Source: an uncultured bacterium
GTDB taxonomy: Bacteria > Latescibacterota > UBA2968
Direction: 5' to 3'
DNA length: 46,259 nt
Assembly: GCA_964471275.1 (NCBI GenBank)
Contig: CAYYGZ010000006.1
Location: 1-46,259 of the forward strand
The notes beneath the pieces are model-generated. The model was not told the origin of the DNA. It searched no databases and saw only the letters and a program-made list of their open reading frames with translations. The translations under genes and the position numbers were made by a program. This document shows positions 1 through 8,670 of this stretch, piece by piece. Each line of letters begins with the position of its first letter. The stretch's first letter is position 1.

Positions 1-55
1 TGCGCCGATGGTACTGCTTGGGTGACCTTGTGGGAGAGTAGGTCGCTGCCGGGAT
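1..55 (+). rRNA. rrf: 5S rRNA, 3' terminal part (5' end lies outside the window)
   Basis: GCGCCGATGGTACTGCTTGGGTGACCTTGTGGGAGAGTAGGTCGCTGCCGGGA matches by eye the conserved 3' half of bacterial 5S rRNA (CCGAUGGUA...GAGAGUAGG...CUGCC). An intrinsic terminator follows directly. Confidence 0.85.
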
Positions 56-65
56 TACTAAATAA

Positions 66-105
66 AACGCTCGATCCTCAAGTTTGAGGACCGGGCGTTT
101 TTTTT
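66..105 (+). terminator. Rho-independent terminator of the rRNA operon
   Basis: Stem AACGCTCGATCCTCA (66-80), loop AGTT, stem TGAGGACCGGGCGTT (85-99) with one mismatch and one G-U pair, running into a T8 tract (98-105). Confidence 0.8.
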
Positions 106-140
106 GTTGGGGTATGGTTACTGTTTGACGGTATCAGTGC

Positions 141-169
141 TTGACCTTGCTGCGTGGGCGAAGTTTATT
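141..169 (+). promoter_or_regulatory. Candidate sigma-70-type promoter for the EF-G paralog
   Basis: TTGACC (141-146), 17-nt spacer, TTTATT (164-169), about 60 nt upstream of the ATG at 231. The -10 matches only 4 of 6 positions. Confidence 0.3.
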
Positions 170-230
170 AGTTGCCTTCAAAGCACCAACTCATCAAGCA
201 AGAAATCAATGTTTTAGGGACCTAAGGAGA

Positions 231-2327
231 ATGACCGTGAGCAGCCATTCCCCAGATAAGATTCGGAATATCGCGCTGGTCGGTCACAGCGGAACGGGTA
301 AGACGTCGGTGGCGGAAGCGATGGGTTTCTCTGCCGGTGTCACCAACCGGCTCGGCAGTGTCGATGACGGCACAACCCTGTCGGACTTCACGGACTCAGA
401 GAAAGAGCGCAAGATATCGATTTCCGCCTCTCTACTCAATTACGGGTGGAAAGACGTGAAGGTGAACGTCATTGATGCGCCGGGATATGCGGACTTCATT
501 GGCGATGCGAAGGCTGCCCTGTGGGCAGCTGACAACGCAGTCATTGCGGTCCACGCCCAAAGCGGCGTGGAGGTCGGGACCGATCGAGCTTGGGCGTTCA
601 GTGAAGAATATGGACGCCCTGTTCTGTTTCTGATCAACCATATGGATAAGGAGCAAGCTGATTTCGATGGTACGCTAGAGACGATTCAACAGCACTTTGG
701 AACGGGAGTCGCTCCTCTCCAGATACCGGTGAATGCGGGGAGCGATTTCAACCAGATCGTCGATGTGCTCCACAACAAGCTGTACACCTACGCCACAGAT
801 GGGAGCGGCAAGGTCGAGGCGAGCGCTGTACCGGAGGAACTGCAGGATCAAGTGACGATGATTCGAGAGCAGCTTGTGGAAGCTGTCGCCGAGGGTAGTG
901 ATGAATTGCTCGAGAAATACCTGGAGGAAGGCGAGCTGACCGAAGAGGAGGTCGCCAAGGGTCTGAAAAGCGGAATCGCAGCGCGATCGGTCTTCCCGGT
1001 TCTCTGCGCAGATGCATCCAGGAATATCGGCATTGACCTCTTGCTGGATTTTGTGGCAGAGGAGATGCCTTCTCCCGTGGATGTGACTCCGCATACGGCA
1101 CCGTCCACGAGCGGCGGCGAGGAGATCATGCTCACCCCCGAGGCTTCCGCGCCGCTGGCCGTCGTTGTGTTCAAGACCATCTCGGAATCGGTCGGCGATC
1201 TATCCTTCATCCGTGTCTTCTCAGGCAACCTGGGAGCGGGTGTCGATGCCCTGAATGCGACCCTGGATACGTCGGAGCGTGTTGGACAGACATACTGCAT
1301 GTGCGGCTCAACGCGTTCGGACGCCGACTCGATCGGTCCCGGGGACATGGGCGCTTTGATGAAGCTGAAGGACACCCATACCGGGAACACCCTGACGTCG
1401 AAATCCGGTGGTGTCATCGTTGCGCCGATCGAGTTTCCGCACCCGCTCATTCGCATCGCGGTCGAGCCAAAGGCACGCGGCGACGAGGAGAAGATCGGGA
1501 CAGGACTCCAAAAGATCCACGAGGAGGACCCCAGCTTTCTGTCAGGATATGACCCTGAACTCAAACAGATCATTGTTGAGGGCCAGGGCGAGCTCCACCT
1601 TACCGTCGTCCTGGGGAAGTTGAAGCAGAAATTCGGTGTTGAGGTCGACACGATCGAGCCGCGCATTCCCTACCGGGAGACCGTCATCGGCAAAGCGGAA
1701 GGGCACCACCGACATAAGAAACAGTCTGGTGGTCGGGGGCAGTTCGGTGAGGTCTACCTGAGGATCGCTGCCCAGAAGCGAGGCGAGGGCTACGAGTTCG
1801 AAGATGCCGTTGTCGGTGGGAACATCCCGCGGAATTACATCCCGGCGGTCGAAAAAGGAATCGTGGAAACGCTCGATACCGGACCCTACGCAGGCTATCA
1901 GGTTGTCGACACGAAGGTCACCGTCTACGATGGCTCACATCATCCGGTCGATTCCTCTGAGATGGCGTTCAAAATGGCAGGGTCCCACGCATTTCAGAAG
2001 GCTTTTCTGAGTGCCAAACCGATTCTGCTCGAGCCGATTTACTCCGTCGAAATCAAGGTGCCCGAACAGTATATGGGTGAAGTGATGGGAGATTTGAACT
2101 CCAGGCGGGGTCGAATCCAAGGCATGGATCCTGAGGGTAATTTTCAGATTGTCCGGGCTGAGGTGCCTCTCGCAGAACTCTACAAGTATTCGACGGCGTT
2201 GCGGTCGATGACCCAGGGCACGGGCGAATACACGATGTCGCTGTCGCACTACGAACAGGTGCCGCACGATGTGACAGCCAAGATCGTCGCCGAATCCAAG
2301 AAGGGCGAAGAAGCTGTGGAAGCGTAG
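231..2327 (+). CDS. Elongation factor G paralog (EF-G-2-like translational GTPase)
   Basis: ATG at 231 is preceded by AAGGAGA; the ORF-track start at 141 would run into the promoter/terminator region. G-domain motifs are GHSGTGKTS (G1), DAPGYADF (G3) and NHMD (G4). The N-terminus IRNIALVGHSGTGKTS resembles Thermus EF-G-2 rather than canonical AHIDAGKTT. Domains II-V are full length. Confidence 0.9.
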   Translation: MTVSSHSPDKIRNIALVGHSGTGKTSVAEAMGFSAGVTNRLGSVDDGTTLSDFTDSEKERKISISASLLNYGWKDVKVNVIDAPGYADFIGDAKAALWAADNAVIAVHAQSGVEVGTDRAWAFSEEYGRPVLFLINHMDKEQADFDGTLETIQQHFGTGVAPLQIPVNAGSDFNQIVDVLHNKLYTYATDGSGKVEASAVPEELQDQVTMIREQLVEAVAEGSDELLEKYLEEGELTEEEVAKGLKSGIAARSVFPVLCADASRNIGIDLLLDFVAEEMPSPVDVTPHTAPSTSGGEEIMLTPEASAPLAVVVFKTISESVGDLSFIRVFSGNLGAGVDALNATLDTSERVGQTYCMCGSTRSDADSIGPGDMGALMKLKDTHTGNTLTSKSGGVIVAPIEFPHPLIRIAVEPKARGDEEKIGTGLQKIHEEDPSFLSGYDPELKQIIVEGQGELHLTVVLGKLKQKFGVEVDTIEPRIPYRETVIGKAEGHHRHKKQSGGRGQFGEVYLRIAAQKRGEGYEFEDAVVGGNIPRNYIPAVEKGIVETLDTGPYAGYQVVDTKVTVYDGSHHPVDSSEMAFKMAGSHAFQKAFLSAKPILLEPIYSVEIKVPEQYMGEVMGDLNSRRGRIQGMDPEGNFQIVRAEVPLAELYKYSTALRSMTQGTGEYTMSLSHYEQVPHDVTAKIVAESKKGEEAVEA

Positions 2328-2349
2328 TTCGTCCAGAATCGATCTAGGG

Positions 2350-2385
2350 AGGCGGTGCTCATCTGTGAGCACCGCCTTTCTCTTT
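2350..2385 (+). terminator. Rho-independent terminator after the EF-G paralog
   Basis: AGGCGGTGCTCA (2350-2361), loop TCTG, TGAGCACCGCCT (2366-2377), then TTCTCTTT. Confidence 0.7.
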
Positions 2386-2389
2386 CCGT

Positions 2390-2968
2390 ATGGCCAAGAG
2401 AGACAAAGACAGAAGTGGCCGGTATGTGAGCCGGGGCGGCGACAAACTCGAGCGTGCGCTGTCGGGGTTTGGCATCGATCCTGCCGGGCATGTGGCTGTT
2501 GACCTGGGTGCGAATGTGGGTGGGTTCACCGATTGTCTGCTTCAGCACGGGGCGGACAGGGTCTATGCGGTCGAAACCGGTTACGGTGTGCTGGAGTGGA
2601 AACTGCGTCAGGATGAACGTGTTGTGGTCATGGAACGGACGAATGCGCTGCACGTAGTTCTTCCAGAGCCCGTCGATCTCGTCGTCGCCGACGTCGGGTG
2701 GACGTCTGTTCTGAAGTATGTCTCCGGCGCGCTCGCACACCTCAAGGTGGACGGACACTGTATCGCGCTCTTGAAGCCCCAGTATGAGGTGGGTAGGGAT
2801 GATCTGGTTGACGGCCACGTGGAGAGTGCGCGGGTCGAGGAAATCGTCGAATCTGTGATCACTGAATTGGAGCAGATGGGATGTTTCGTAACCGGCCAAC
2901 TCGACCCCGGTCTGGAACTTCGAGGTCGCAATACCGAGCGATTTTTGATGGTCGGAGCCGGCGTCTGA
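2390..2968 (+). CDS. TlyA-like FtsJ-fold rRNA 2'-O-ribose methyltransferase lacking the N-terminal S4 domain
   Basis: SRGGDKLERAL, DLGANVGGFTDCLL, ETGYGVLEWKLRQDERVVVMERTNA and LLKPQYEVG align by eye with the methyltransferase core of TlyA (WVSRGAHKL, GASTGGFTE, DVGYGQLAW, ERTNAR, KPQFEVG). Only a 12-aa basic N-terminus precedes the core. Confidence 0.75.
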   Translation: MAKRDKDRSGRYVSRGGDKLERALSGFGIDPAGHVAVDLGANVGGFTDCLLQHGADRVYAVETGYGVLEWKLRQDERVVVMERTNALHVVLPEPVDLVVADVGWTSVLKYVSGALAHLKVDGHCIALLKPQYEVGRDDLVDGHVESARVEEIVESVITELEQMGCFVTGQLDPGLELRGRNTERFLMVGAGV

Positions 2969-3062
2969 CAGGGCTTTGATATTGCCCGTCTGTTGGCTTC
3001 TTGCTACATTATCAACCAGTTACGTCGATCTGAATTGACCAGAATGGAGCTGAGACTCACGT

Positions 3063-3812
3063 ATGGCAGGCCACTCCAAATGGGCGAACATCAAGCATCG
3101 TAAGGGGCGTCAGGACGCCGCCAGAAGCAAGGTATTCACCAAGCTAATCAGAGAAATCACGGTCGCCGCGCGGGAAGGTGGCAGCGACGAAGACGCCAAT
3201 CCCAGGCTGCGCGCAGCTGTCCTGAGCGCCAAGTCGGAGAACATGCCGGCGGCAACGATCGAGCGGGCGGTCAAGAAGGGATCGGGCGAGCTCGAAGAGG
3301 AATCCTACGAGAGCGCGATTTACGAAGGCTATGGTCCCGGCGGTGTCGCTCTTTTTGTCGAAACACTGACGGACAATCGGAACCGAACGGTTTCCGAAGT
3401 TCGGCATCTCTTCAGCAAATACAATGGTAACATGGCCGAATCCGGCGCCGTTGGATGGATCTTTGATCAGAAGGGCGTGATTGCCGTGTCAAAAGAGATC
3501 GCCGACGAGGAGACCCTGATGACCATCATACTCGACGCGGGTGCCGATGACCTGGTCGAGGGCGATGACGAATTCGAAGTCTTTACCCCCCTCCAATCGT
3601 TCGATATCGTACGCAAGGCATTGGACGAGAATGAAGTGGCCTATACCCGGGCGTCGCTGACCCGTATCCCCCAGAACAGCGTCGCCATTGAGGGTAAAGT
3701 CGCCGCACAGCTGATCCGTTTGCTCGAAGCTCTGGAAGACCAGGATGACGTACAGCATGTCTATGCCAACTTCGAGATCGACGACAACGAACTGGCCGAA
3801 CTCACTGCCTGA
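3063..3812 (+). CDS. yebC: YebC/PmpR family DNA-binding transcriptional regulator
   Basis: N-terminus MAGHSKWANIKHRKGRQDAARSKVFTKL is the family signature. The gene lies upstream of ruvCAB, as in many bacteria. Confidence 0.9.
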   Translation: MAGHSKWANIKHRKGRQDAARSKVFTKLIREITVAAREGGSDEDANPRLRAAVLSAKSENMPAATIERAVKKGSGELEEESYESAIYEGYGPGGVALFVETLTDNRNRTVSEVRHLFSKYNGNMAESGAVGWIFDQKGVIAVSKEIADEETLMTIILDAGADDLVEGDDEFEVFTPLQSFDIVRKALDENEVAYTRASLTRIPQNSVAIEGKVAAQLIRLLEALEDQDDVQHVYANFEIDDNELAELTA

Positions 3813-3900
3813 TTCTGCTTCCTCCCTGATGCAAAACTCTCCCTGACCGGGTACCGGGTAGTCGTGATCCATACGACAGCGCCCTGGAAGGATCTCACAG

Positions 3901-4485
3901 TTGACAATCCTAGGAATCGACCCCGGCAGCGTTGTGACGGGAATCGGTGTGGTTGCCCGAACCGGGCAGATTATTCGACTCGTCCACGCGGACTGTCTGC
4001 GCGCCCCCGTCGTCGAGCCGTTCGAGCAACGCCTCCTCCGTCTTCACGATGCGCTGGATGCCTTTCTGGCCGACCACCCCGTTGATGAAGTTTCGATCGA
4101 GTCTCCCTTCTACGGTGTCAACGCGAATACGTTGATGAAGATGTGTCACGCACGGGGCAGTCTTCTTGTTGCGGTTGCCCGTCGGGGGATTCCCGTTCAC
4201 GAGTACGCGCCTCGCGAAATAAAGAAGGCGGTCGTCGGGAATGGAAATGCGTCGAAGGAGCAGGTCGCGTATATGCTGAAGCAGACACTGAAAGACGGGG
4301 AGTACGACGAGTCGTGGCCGCTCGATGTCACAGACGCCATCGCTACAGCGATGTGCAGAGCGCACCGCGTTGGATCCAGCCAGGCAGATGCGGAGGCGTC
4401 AGGAGTCGCCAGTCTTGCTGATCGTCTCATCGCGGCCGGTGCGCCGGCAGGTGCGGCCCGCCGCGCCGGAAAGGGCTCACGTTGA
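3901..4485 (+). CDS. ruvC: Crossover junction endodeoxyribonuclease RuvC
   Basis: TTG start preceded by GGAAGGA. MTILGIDPGSVVTGIGVV is the RNase H-fold RuvC N-terminus. The gene overlaps ruvA by 4 nt. Confidence 0.9.
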   Translation: MTILGIDPGSVVTGIGVVARTGQIIRLVHADCLRAPVVEPFEQRLLRLHDALDAFLADHPVDEVSIESPFYGVNANTLMKMCHARGSLLVAVARRGIPVHEYAPREIKKAVVGNGNASKEQVAYMLKQTLKDGEYDESWPLDVTDAIATAMCRAHRVGSSQADAEASGVASLADRLIAAGAPAGAARRAGKGSR

Positions 4486-5072
4486 TCGACTTTGTTGAGG
4501 GCAAACTGGCCTCCTATTCGCCAACGCACCTTGTCGTCGATGTCGGCGGTGTCGGTTTCCTCCTGAACATTCCCCTTTCGAGTTTTGACACGACCAAACA
4601 GGCGGGCGATCCGGTGCGTCTCTTCACGCACCTTCACGTGCGCGAAGATATCTTGGCTCTTTACGGTTTCGCCACCGAGCCCGAACGTGCCCTGTTTCGT
4701 CTTCTGATCGGTGTGTCCGGTATCGGTCCTCCCATGGCCCAGAAGATCCAGTCCGGTATTGCTCTGTCCGACTTTGTGGACCTGGTCGAAACGGGAGACG
4801 CTAAGGGTCTGACACGGATCAAGGGTATCGGACAGAAAACGGCGCAGCGGCTTGTCCTGGAGCTCAAGGATCGTGTCAGTGACATCGGTCTGCCCGGTGG
4901 CGATGAACGCGTTTCCGAATCTAAGGAATCCTCTGTGGCTGCTGAGGCGACCGCAGCATTGATCGGGTTGGGAGCGAATCCTGCACAAGCGCGACGGATC
5001 GTCGAGCAGGTTGCGGCAAAGAAAAATCTCTCGGTTGAAGAGATTATCAAAGAGGCCTTACGGAATATCTGA
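4482..5072 (+). CDS. ruvA: Holliday junction branch migration complex subunit RuvA
   Basis: MIDFVEGKL start, helix-hairpin-helix GIGPPMAQKI / IKGIGQKTAQRLVLELK, and a C-terminal domain III. Confidence 0.9.
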   Translation: MIDFVEGKLASYSPTHLVVDVGGVGFLLNIPLSSFDTTKQAGDPVRLFTHLHVREDILALYGFATEPERALFRLLIGVSGIGPPMAQKIQSGIALSDFVDLVETGDAKGLTRIKGIGQKTAQRLVLELKDRVSDIGLPGGDERVSESKESSVAAEATAALIGLGANPAQARRIVEQVAAKKNLSVEEIIKEALRNI

Positions 5073-6124
5073 TGGATGAGATGAATCACGAAGCCGAGAT
5101 CAACGTGCCGGAGGACCGTCTCGTGGACCCGCACGTGTGGGATTCGGAGACGGAGGCCCAGGAGGTCGAAAGGCCTGCACGTTTTTCGGAAATGGCGGGC
5201 CAGACCAAGGTCAAGGAGAAGATCAAGATCGCGGTGGCCGCGGCGTCTCAGCGAGGCGAGGCCATGGACCACGCGCTGCTCTACGGTCCCCCGGGGTTGG
5301 GCAAGACGACGCTTGCCTACGTGATTGCGAACGAGCTGGGTGTGGAGGTGAGAGTCACGTCTGGACCCGTGCTCGAGCGACCTGCTGATCTTGGGGGGCT
5401 CCTCACGAATCTCGGGGAGCGCGACGTGCTCTTTATCGACGAGATCCACAGGATGAATCGTGTCGTCGAGGAGCACCTGTACTCGGCGATGGAAGATTAT
5501 GCTCTGGATATCATGATCGACAGTGGCCCGAGCGCTCGCTCATACCGGATATCGCTTGAGAAATTCACGCTTATCGGTGCGACAACGCGTCTGGGTCTGC
5601 TTTCGGAGCCGATGCGATCCCGGTTTGGAATGATCGAGCGGCTCGACTTCTACAGCGCCGAGGATCTGCTCAAGATCGTCATCAGGTGTGCAAGAATTCT
5701 GAACCTCACGATTGACGATGGGGGCGCTGCGGAAATTGCTGGTCGATCGAGAGGGACGGCACGTATCGCCATTCGTCTGCTGAAGCGCGCGCGCGATTTC
5801 GCTGAGACAAGAGCCGATGGCGTGGTGACCCGTCAGGTCGCTGAAGATGCGCTGAAACTGCACGAGATCGACGCGATCGGTCTGGATGAGATGGATCGGC
5901 GGCTGCTGATGCTGATGATCGACAAGTTCGGTGGTCGGCCGGTTGGTCTCAACAACATCGGTGCCGCGCTGGGCGAAGAGACGGACACGATCGAAGATGT
6001 ATACGAGCCGTTTCTCATCCAGGAAGGCTTTCTTATGCGTACCCAGAGAGGGCGACAGGTCACGCCCCGGGCATACGAGCATCTGGGCATGGTTCCGCCC
6101 GAAGACCAGATGCGCCTGCTCTGA
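5072..6124 (+). CDS. ruvB: Holliday junction DNA helicase RuvB
   Basis: AAA+ Walker A GPPGLGKTTLA, Walker B LFIDEIHR and sensor LIGATTR. There is a 1-nt overlap (TGATG) with ruvA. Confidence 0.95.
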   Translation: MDEMNHEAEINVPEDRLVDPHVWDSETEAQEVERPARFSEMAGQTKVKEKIKIAVAAASQRGEAMDHALLYGPPGLGKTTLAYVIANELGVEVRVTSGPVLERPADLGGLLTNLGERDVLFIDEIHRMNRVVEEHLYSAMEDYALDIMIDSGPSARSYRISLEKFTLIGATTRLGLLSEPMRSRFGMIERLDFYSAEDLLKIVIRCARILNLTIDDGGAAEIAGRSRGTARIAIRLLKRARDFAETRADGVVTRQVAEDALKLHEIDAIGLDEMDRRLLMLMIDKFGGRPVGLNNIGAALGEETDTIEDVYEPFLIQEGFLMRTQRGRQVTPRAYEHLGMVPPEDQMRLL

Positions 6125-6138
6125 TTCGGATTCTCCGT

Positions 6139-6816
6139 ATGATCACCCTCGGAATCGAAACCGCGACAGCCATCTGCTCGATCGGGCTTGCCCACGACCA
6201 GACCGTGTTGGCCATCGAGAGTGAAGATGCCGGTCGTCGACACTCTGTGGTTCTGGTCGATATGATCGAAAGGGTCCTGACGGACGCGTGCTTGGAGCGG
6301 GACGCCGTTCAAGGCGTTGCCGTTTCTGCGGGTCCCGGCTCATTCACCGGTTTGCGGATTGGGATGGCACTCGTAAAGGGAATCTGTCTGGCAAACGAGA
6401 TTCCGCTCGCGGTCGTTTCGACACTCCACGCACTGGCCGTCGCTTCCGGATCTGAATCGGATGAAATCTGCGCCTGTCTGGATGCCAGACACGAGGCGCT
6501 ATACTCTGGCATCTACAAGCGTTCCCGTGCGGGATTGGTGACCGCGCAAGCGGATGCAAGCCGGCCGATCGACGAGCTGGTTGACGTTCTGGGGTCTGAT
6601 ACGGTTGTTGTCGGTTACGGTGTAGAGGATTACGAGACCCGATTTCTGGGTGCCGGCCACACGGTCTTCCCGAGTGTCATTCCGAGTGGCGCATCCGTTG
6701 CCCTGGTGGGCGAACAGAAGCTGCTGGCCGACGAGTCAACACGAGTGGATGTCGCGGAGCCGAACTACTGCAAGAAGTCTCAGGCGGAACAGTTGCGAGC
6801 CGGAGAAAAAGGGTGA
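6139..6816 (+). CDS. tsaB: tRNA threonylcarbamoyladenosine (t6A) biosynthesis protein TsaB
   Basis: ITLGIETATAICSIGL and GPGSFTGLRIG are YeaZ/TsaB signatures. The gene is followed by rimI, as is usual. Confidence 0.85.
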   Translation: MITLGIETATAICSIGLAHDQTVLAIESEDAGRRHSVVLVDMIERVLTDACLERDAVQGVAVSAGPGSFTGLRIGMALVKGICLANEIPLAVVSTLHALAVASGSESDEICACLDARHEALYSGIYKRSRAGLVTAQADASRPIDELVDVLGSDTVVVGYGVEDYETRFLGAGHTVFPSVIPSGASVALVGEQKLLADESTRVDVAEPNYCKKSQAEQLRAGEKG

Positions 6817-6875
6817 CCTCCTCGATGAGGGGGGCAAACCGAGGCGAACAGGGCACACGATTGTCACTCTTGCCC

Positions 6876-7361
6876 ATGCAGGTTCGTGACATTCCGGAAG
6901 TTCTGGAGATCGAGGCTGTCTCCTTCTCGAACCCGTGGCGGGAACGGGATTTCCTCTACGCTCTGGAGCGAGATCACGGAATTGCCCGTATTTGTCGACA
7001 GGGGGATGGGGTCCTGGCCTATACCGTGGGTTTCACTACCTCTCAGGAATTCCACCTTGCAGATTTTGCTGTACGTCCCGATTGCCAGAGAAGGGGCTAC
7101 GGGATCGATCTGCTGGACATTCTGATCGCCGAGCTGAGAGGCCTTGGGCATCAGGTCATTACCCTCGAAGTCAGACAGTCGAATCAACCAGCTGCTCGAC
7201 TCTACGGACGTGCAGGTTTCCAGACTGTGGCGATACGAAGGGGGTATTACAATCGACCCACCGAAGACGCTCTCGTGATGGTCAAGGCTCTGTCCGGTCG
7301 CCTGTCCGACTGGGTTGGGACAGCGCTCGACGGGCATCTTGAAACAGGCGAAAGTAGTTGA
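6876..7361 (+). CDS. rimI: Ribosomal-protein-alanine N-acetyltransferase RimI (GNAT)
   Basis: EIEAVSFSNPW plus the acetyl-CoA motif QRRGYGIDLL. Start is ambiguous: ATG 6876 is chosen, while ATG 6813 would overlap tsaB by 4 nt. Confidence 0.8.
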   Translation: MQVRDIPEVLEIEAVSFSNPWRERDFLYALERDHGIARICRQGDGVLAYTVGFTTSQEFHLADFAVRPDCQRRGYGIDLLDILIAELRGLGHQVITLEVRQSNQPAARLYGRAGFQTVAIRRGYYNRPTEDALVMVKALSGRLSDWVGTALDGHLETGESS

Positions 7362-7585
7362 CTTATCAAGGGTTTAGCGCTATTTTTACAGCCAGTTAGG
7401 AAGTCCTCGCACCACCCTTTCCCACGCAGATTCACAGTCCTCAGATCGTCCCACATGGCGTGTTTCTCACGAAATGTTCGTCGCACTGCTTTCTGTCATA
7501 CTTCTGGAGCAGCCCAGTCCTCAGCCGCAACAAGACCCATAGCCGATTCCAAGTCGCTCAGGACCCCTTCAGGGGTGATCGTCTG

Positions 7586-8668
7586 ATGACACTAGGCTCT
7601 CTGATCGGACAGGAGCGCGTCTCCGACCTGCTGGGTCGCGTTCTTGACGGTGAGCGTGTCCCACACGCCGTACTGTTCTGTGGGCCGGAGGGATCTGGAA
7701 AGGCTGCTGCTGCGGTGTCTCTGGCTCGGGCGTTGCAGTGTTCGGGCACAGGGCCAATTGGTCGGCCCTGTGAGGTCTGTGAGAATTGTGGTCGAACACG
7801 GGGCTTCACGCATCCCGATTTCTCCGTTCTGCTCCCTTTTCTGAGCAAGGTGAGTGAAAGCGACCGTCGCTTTTACACAGAGGAAGCGATCCAGAATCCG
7901 TATGGCTATTCCTTGCCTGAGGAATCCGCCAACATTTCCGTCGGCGCGATTCGTAATCTGATCAAAACCTTTGCCTACGGTAGTTTTCAAGGAAGCTGGC
8001 GTACCGCTGTCATCCTGCACGTGCACAAGATGCGAGCGGAAGCCGCCAACGCAATGCTCAAGACTCTCGAGGAGCCACCCCCAAGATCGATCCTGATTCT
8101 CACGGCACCTTCACTCGATTCGTTGCTCCCGACGATTGTCTCTCGATGCCAGTATTTTCGTTTGGGTCCCGTGCCGACAGCTGCCCTCTCCAAACACCTC
8201 GTGAAGATGCGCGGAACGACGCCCGAGAACTCGACGTTCATAGCTGAACTGGCAGGTGGGAATGTCCGACAGGCGCTTACGATCGCTTCAGATGAAGCGC
8301 ACAAAACGCAGGATCGAGCACTCCGATTTCTGTCTGCTCTGGTCGAGGGCCGAGAGGCCCGGACCTTTGAAGCACTCGAGAAGCTTGCATCGGAAAAGGC
8401 GGACGTGTTCGATGTCCTGAAGAGCGCGGAGGTTTGGTTGCGGGACGTCCTGCAGTTCAGGGCTTCGGGCTCGGAGCGCATCGTGAACAAGCACAGACAG
8501 GCAGATGTTGAGCAATTGGCGGATGTGATGACGGATGACACCGTTCGGGTTCTCGCGGAGGAGATTGAACGTGTCCGAAGCATGAATCGGCGGAACATCA
8601 ATCTTCATCTGAGTCTCACGGAGCTCTGGCGCAAAGCCAGGGCGAAAGCACCTGTGGGGAGTTTCTGA
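7586..8668 (+). CDS. holB: DNA polymerase III subunit delta'
   Basis: LIGQERVSDLL...VPHAVLFCGPEGSGK, a zinc module CEVCENC, and SRC in TIVSRCQ. ATG 7586 gives the usual N-terminus; the upstream extension from 7460 has no family similarity. Confidence 0.85.
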   Translation: MTLGSLIGQERVSDLLGRVLDGERVPHAVLFCGPEGSGKAAAAVSLARALQCSGTGPIGRPCEVCENCGRTRGFTHPDFSVLLPFLSKVSESDRRFYTEEAIQNPYGYSLPEESANISVGAIRNLIKTFAYGSFQGSWRTAVILHVHKMRAEAANAMLKTLEEPPPRSILILTAPSLDSLLPTIVSRCQYFRLGPVPTAALSKHLVKMRGTTPENSTFIAELAGGNVRQALTIASDEAHKTQDRALRFLSALVEGREARTFEALEKLASEKADVFDVLKSAEVWLRDVLQFRASGSERIVNKHRQADVEQLADVMTDDTVRVLAEEIERVRSMNRRNINLHLSLTELWRKARAKAPVGSF

Positions 8669-8670
8669 CG

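Noticed and set aside
141-230. N-terminal extensions given by the ORF track (141 for the EF-G paralog, 7460 for holB, 14925 for proC, 21381 for valS, 30066 for the prenyl synthase, 31044 for prmC, 42052 for the large kinase, 45194 for the sigma factor).
   Set aside because: The extensions have no family similarity. They run through terminators, promoters or neighbouring genes, and internal starts with better Shine-Dalgarno context reproduce the canonical N-termini.
848-1666. Long antisense or alternative-frame ORFs throughout the window, e.g. 848-1666(-), 4197-4988(-), 4661-5476(-), 14918-15670(-), 17378-18379(-), 23838-24680(-), 25035-25844(-), 26749-27504(+), 33218-34102(+), 35692-36351(+), 37515-38414(+), 42500-43159(-).
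   Set aside because: Each lies entirely inside a gene with clear family motifs on the other strand or frame. Their translations are Arg/Ser/Pro-rich low-complexity strings typical of shadow ORFs in GC-rich coding DNA, and they have no recognisable motifs or ribosome-binding sites.
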